Virus record (IMG/VR): IMGVR_UViG_3300005805_000047
Span: 64,001 to 128,000 of that record
Reading direction: 5' to 3' (one strand)
DNA from: a virus
DNA: 64,000 bases
The position numbers were made by a program, and so were the translations under genes. This document shows, piece by piece, positions 60,369 to 64,000 of the stretch. How positions within the stretch are numbered: the stretch's first letter is position 1; every line of letters starts with the position of its first letter. The notes beneath the pieces were generated by a model that did not search any database, was not told the DNA's origin, and was given only the letters and a program-made list of their open reading frames with translations.

Positions 60369-60617
60369 TTAAGCCGAAACCTTTGCGAACTCGTGGTTTG
60401 GCTTGACCAAAGTGGCAACAGCCGATCCGATTGAATCGCTGGCGAGCACTTTGCGAATAGTCGCAATGCTGACTGCCTTGTAGGCGTATGTGCCACCGTT
60501 GGTGAACGTGATGACGAGAGTTCCCGTCTTTTCGGCATCGTCATAGCGAGCCTCTACTGCTTCGTATCGAAGCGACTTGACTGCTGCTGAGTTGATTTCG
60601 GTGATGTTGATGTTCAC
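60369..60617 (-). CDS. KTSC domain protein
   Basis: SAAVKS..Y...L.ITF.NGG.Y.Y..V...L.SDSIGS; AAGGAGG RBS. Confidence 0.7.
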   Translation of the reverse strand: MNINITEINSAAVKSLRYEAVEARYDDAEKTGTLVITFTNGGTYAYKAVSIATIRKVLASDSIGSAVATLVKPNHEFAKVSA

Positions 60618-60793
60618 TTTGCCTCCTTATGGCTTCGTGGTAATAACAGTATGACTTGTCTGAATCCGTCAGCGCATCCGAGTTGGGTGACGCTTTCGGG
60701 CCAAAGCTCGCTCGTGGTCATTGTTTGTCTCCCAGATGAGAAGCGAGAAGGTAGCGAGAAATGTGATCACGGCTATCGCAATAAGTGTTCCCA

Positions 60794-61042
60794 TTATTCG
60801 TAGTCCTCGTCTTCGTAGTCATCGTCAAGGTCGCGATCTGTCTCAAACCAACGCATGACGGTCAGTAGGAGAAAGTCGTAGTCCTTCGATGTCGCTTCGG
60901 CATGGAATGCCTCCCAATCGGAATCTGGCAAGCCAGCTCGGCGCATAATGCGCTTGACCCGACCAAGTATCGAGAAGGCGTTGCCGTCTTCGCCGACAAG
61001 CGGCACGTTGATTTCTGGGTATTTGATGTCCATGTCTCTCAT
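60794..61042 (-). CDS. conserved phage protein (LVGEDGNAFSILG family)
   Basis: Motif followed by EATS.DYD.LL. Confidence 0.7.
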   Translation of the reverse strand: MRDMDIKYPEINVPLVGEDGNAFSILGRVKRIMRRAGLPDSDWEAFHAEATSKDYDFLLLTVMRWFETDRDLDDDYEDEDYE

Positions 61043-61043
61043 A

Positions 61044-61343
61044 CTAGGCTGCCACCTTTTCTCGGCGCGTCTTTTTCGGCTTGTCCTTTTTCGGCTGGGT
61101 TGGCTGAACTTCGCAGATAACTCGCTTGCCATCGCAAGGGTTCATCAAACACTTTTTCGAGGTGTGAACTCCGAGGTAGTGAGTGCCACACTTGTCGCAC
61201 TCGGTCCATTTGATCGGGCGACCAGTTTGCTTTTGGGTCATACGTATGCACCCATCGCAATAGGCGTCGTTGGCAGTCTGGCCACACACCTTGCAAATGA
61301 GGTGAGAGCCGGGGAACGCTTCCAGTAGTGCTGTGATCTCCAT
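61044..61343 (-). CDS. Cys-rich Zn-finger protein (leaderless)
   Basis: Multiple CxxC; ATG 34 nt after motif 61377. Confidence 0.6.
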   Translation of the reverse strand: MEITALLEAFPGSHLICKVCGQTANDAYCDGCIRMTQKQTGRPIKWTECDKCGTHYLGVHTSKKCLMNPCDGKRVICEVQPTQPKKDKPKKTRREKVAA

Positions 61344-61420
61344 ACCATCAGTGTGTCTGAGCTTCATCTGTCGGCGCGCCGAGGTTGCGCCGAAGGATGA
61401 TGGGTTGCCATACTGGTTCT

Positions 61421-61705
61421 ATGACAAACAAGACCAAGACCTATTTCGCCATGTTCACAGACGAAGGCAATGCCGAGGTTGCTCGACTTGCCGAACAAAT
61501 GCTCGGAGAGTGGACTATTTGTGCCAGCGACATCAGCAGGGTCGTTCACACTTGGGAGCGATACGTTGAGAGCGAACACCCAGAGTTCTGCGCCAAGCAT
61601 GGCGAATACTCCGACACGGCAGTCCGTGACGAACTGTATTCGTTCTTTGAGAATCGCTTGGGTCAGGCCAAGTTCACCAACCTCACCGAATCGACGCGCC
61701 GATAA
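61421..61705 (+). CDS. hypothetical protein (leaderless)
   Basis: ATG 34 nt after motif 61387. Confidence 0.7.
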   Translation: MTNKTKTYFAMFTDEGNAEVARLAEQMLGEWTICASDISRVVHTWERYVESEHPEFCAKHGEYSDTAVRDELYSFFENRLGQAKFTNLTESTRR

Positions 61706-61729
61706 ATGATGAAAGGACATACTGAATCT

Positions 61730-62041
61730 ATGACCACACTCACCGAAGCAATCAGCACCTCAAACCTTCAGACTTCACCGGAATATCGGTTGATCTGTCG
61801 TGGCCTCACGATCAACGTGAACGGTCACGATTTGCTCATCCATGATCTCGTCAAGCGCAGCGAGCGAGTAATCGGTGACTGCTTCGCCTCGTGGCTCGTG
61901 CTCGTCGAACGCGACAGCTCGCATCGCGATCCATGGGTCGTATGGTCCTTGATCGCCAGCCCCAACGGCTGGACGTTGGAGTCAGGCTCATACTGCATGA
62001 CCGAGGAAGAAGGTCGTAAGGCTTTCGCACTTCGCGCATAA
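61730..62041 (+). CDS. hypothetical protein (leaderless)
   Basis: ATG 34 nt after motif 61696. Confidence 0.7.
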   Translation: MTTLTEAISTSNLQTSPEYRLICRGLTINVNGHDLLIHDLVKRSERVIGDCFASWLVLVERDSSHRDPWVVWSLIASPNGWTLESGSYCMTEEEGRKAFALRA

Positions 62042-62101
62042 CGCGCCGATAGATGACCGTCGGACATACTTAAACAACACCAATGCCAGAGGAGGCAAAA
62101 C

Positions 62102-62500
62102 ATGGGAGATAGATACTGCGTCGGTTTCACAGCCGAGAGCAACAACAAAGAGCGCCGAGTGTGGCTCTATTCGCACTGGGGAGGCTCTGACCGTCACACA
62201 GAGATTGCACAAGCCATTGAAAAAGCCCGCCCACGTTGGTCGGATGATAGTTATTCGACCCGTATTGCCATCTCCACCATCGTTGGTGACTACTGGAAGG
62301 AAGAGACGGGTTTCGGCATTGAGGCTGGACCTCGTTGCACCACTCACACGGAGTATGCACCTCTATTGGTGAACTGGTCAGATCAAACCGTCACGGAATT
62401 TAATGACTTGGGTTTTGATTTTGACAGCGAACCCCAAGTGGTTGCCGTCTATTCGTTCGACGACTTTCTATCGGGTCGCGTGTTTGAGGAGGTGAAGTAG
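62102..62500 (+). CDS. conserved phage protein (LYSHWGG motif)
   Basis: GAGGAGG RBS; motif 62043 upstream. Confidence 0.7.
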   Translation: MGDRYCVGFTAESNNKERRVWLYSHWGGSDRHTEIAQAIEKARPRWSDDSYSTRIAISTIVGDYWKEETGFGIEAGPRCTTHTEYAPLLVNWSDQTVTEFNDLGFDFDSEPQVVAVYSFDDFLSGRVFEEVK

Positions 62501-62880
62501 TGGGCGCTGACCTCTTGTTTTCCATTAATGAACTCAAACTCTCGCGCGAGCAAGCCGAGGCAAATGCCAAGAAGATTGCCCAGGGGCCGCTTCGACAAGT
62601 TCTTGAAGATCTCGAGAACGGAGGCGGCGTAGGTCTTTTCAACGAGGTTGATGCAGAAAACGCAACCGACGAAGAGAGGGCAGAGATTGAAAAGTACCTC
62701 AACAGTTGCATTGAAACCGTGTACGCATACGCTCAGCGCCGTGACTGCTCATACTTCGTCATTGACGACAATCGACTGTTCGCCATTACTGCTGGTATGT
62801 CGTGGGGCGACCAGCCGACCGACGCATACGAGGCCTACAATGTCTGTGAAATTCTTTCTCTTACCGAGGAATTGCGATGA
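62500..62880 (+). CDS. hypothetical protein (GMSWGD.PTD motif)
   Basis: GGAGG RBS. Confidence 0.7.
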   Translation: MGADLLFSINELKLSREQAEANAKKIAQGPLRQVLEDLENGGGVGLFNEVDAENATDEERAEIEKYLNSCIETVYAYAQRRDCSYFVIDDNRLFAITAGMSWGDQPTDAYEAYNVCEILSLTEELR

Positions 62881-63227
62881 TCGAATGGTCAGAGTTTTTT
62901 AAGCGACAGACACCGGAAGATCGCGAGATGAACCTTGCGCTTCATGTAGCACTTGATGCCCCCGGACTGTGGGACGAGCTCGTTCACATTACTGATCCCG
63001 AGATGGGATACAGCGACGAACTCAGGCTCGCTGCTGAATACATGATGTCCAGAACACCCAACGAGATAGAGCAAATCGGATGGCGAGTACTCGAGGACGA
63101 CAACCTATGGATAGCAATTAATCGCGCTGTTCGCTCTACGATTATTGAGGTTGCTACGGAACTCCAGGGGACTCCAACCCCAATGCCCGTAGTGGTATCA
63201 TCTGGTGATGGCAAAACGGAAGCCTGA
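62877..63227 (+). CDS. hypothetical protein
   Basis: ATGA overlap. Confidence 0.6.
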   Translation: MIEWSEFFKRQTPEDREMNLALHVALDAPGLWDELVHITDPEMGYSDELRLAAEYMMSRTPNEIEQIGWRVLEDDNLWIAINRAVRSTIIEVATELQGTPTPMPVVVSSGDGKTEA

Positions 63228-63550
63228 TACTGAAACGATAGAACTCACGTACGACGAGCTTGAGACGGCCCTGATTGCCCTCGCACTTCGACAAGAGGAA
63301 CTCCGAGAAGTCCGATCACTCGAAAACAAAACAGAGCTCGAACATATCTGGAATATCACTGACCAGATGGATGTCGCTCAACGCAACCTTGAAAGACGAA
63401 TGACCCGGCAGGTTGAAGGATGGCTCGAATCAATGACCCAAGTGGAGTCCGTCCACTCACCGTCACGCGATGGGCTGCTGAGCCGCCTATCCAGGCTACT
63501 CCGGCTGTAAGCCTTTACCTAATGACGGTGGTGGATGACCACCGAGTGAG

Positions 63551-63997
63551 TTAGAGAACTTCCTTCGCCTTGATGCTGTCGGCCTGCTTACGCATCTTGA
63601 CGTATTTGCGATAGTTGGCCTTTGCTTTGTTCGCCTCTTGTTCGACCCTCTGCGCCTTCTGAGCTCGCTGTTTGGCATTGTGTGCCTTCTCTACTGCTCG
63701 CTCCATAACGGATTCGCGCTTGCTGGCCTGACGAGCCACGTGGGCTTTGCGCCACTCAACCATCTCTGAGATGCTGTAAACGAAGCTCAGTCCACCAACT
63801 CTGCCGCCGATAATGGCGACTGGTCGAGGTGGCTTGATCTTGCTTGTACGCATCGCATTGTTGAGACGCATAACTTTGGTCTTTGGGTTTCCGTGCATCA
63901 ACGTGCCGGCCATTTCGCCAACAGTTGCTGTACCTTTCGGATGATCGCCGTATTGGTAAACCGGCCACATCTCGAAGTTGGTAGTTTTCTTTTTCAT
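63551..63997 (-). CDS. basic coiled-coil hypothetical protein
   Basis: 148-aa ORF at the window edge. Confidence 0.55.
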   Translation of the reverse strand: MKKKTTNFEMWPVYQYGDHPKGTATVGEMAGTLMHGNPKTKVMRLNNAMRTSKIKPPRPVAIIGGRVGGLSFVYSISEMVEWRKAHVARQASKRESVMERAVEKAHNAKQRAQKAQRVEQEANKAKANYRKYVKMRKQADSIKAKEVL

Positions 63998-64000
63998 GTC

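Larger units (their letters stand above)
40469..62077. promoter_or_regulatory. family of ~26 dispersed promoter motifs GCG[CT][CT]nnnnRAT[GT]-N9-[TC]ANNNT
   Basis: + strand starts: 40524, 40768, 41140, 45711, 45895, 52497, 53017, 56478, 57070, 57825, 61387, 61696, 62043; - strand: 40503, 45068, 45431, 45678, 50233, 51440, 52488, 54758, 55813, 56294, 56467, 60675, 61377. Confidence 0.85.

Noticed and set aside
40469-62077. GCGCC motif as a CRISPR repeat or integron attC site
   Set aside because: Degenerate, irregularly spaced, on both strands, non-palindromic and at a fixed distance from -10 boxes and starts; no cas or integrase gene seen
1-64000. Stop-codon reassignment
   Set aside because: Known genes are intact in code 11 and end in TAA, TAG or TGA with tight packing

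Overview
A 64 kb, roughly 50% GC segment of a large tailed dsDNA phage with an HK97-fold capsid. The host is almost certainly an actinobacterium, judging by WhiB, an actinobacterial SSB and ferredoxin, SOS boxes and leaderless promoters. The left part (1-28.7 kb) holds head genes and the major capsid protein, class II RNR, WhiB, a primase-helicase, and a methylation/auxiliary cluster: a multi-TRD C5 MTase with a nested second ORF, two tandem N6/N4 MTases, a TauD-like dioxygenase, SpeD and MT-A70. Next is a ~1 kb non-coding tract with tandem LexA-type boxes that lacks CG-containing palindromes. It precedes a 3152-aa protein of 8 segments (3 zincin peptidases, WYL+DEDDh exonuclease, ParB-like, 2 GNATs, helical tail) separated by seven copies of the linker [DE]-[GA]-F-A-S-x-[GS]. 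This candidate site-specifically processed phage effector polyprotein is the most interesting item in the window. The right part (39-64 kb) is a field of small early-type genes, with about 26 copies of a promoter motif (GCGCCGANNRATG...TANNNT) usually placed 34 nt before a leaderless ATG. It also carries two AUA-decoding tRNA-Ile genes, SSB, a deaminase, an SLT enzyme, a SNF2 helicase and an Ltp-like protein. All family assignments come from motif recognition by eye, not from database searches.
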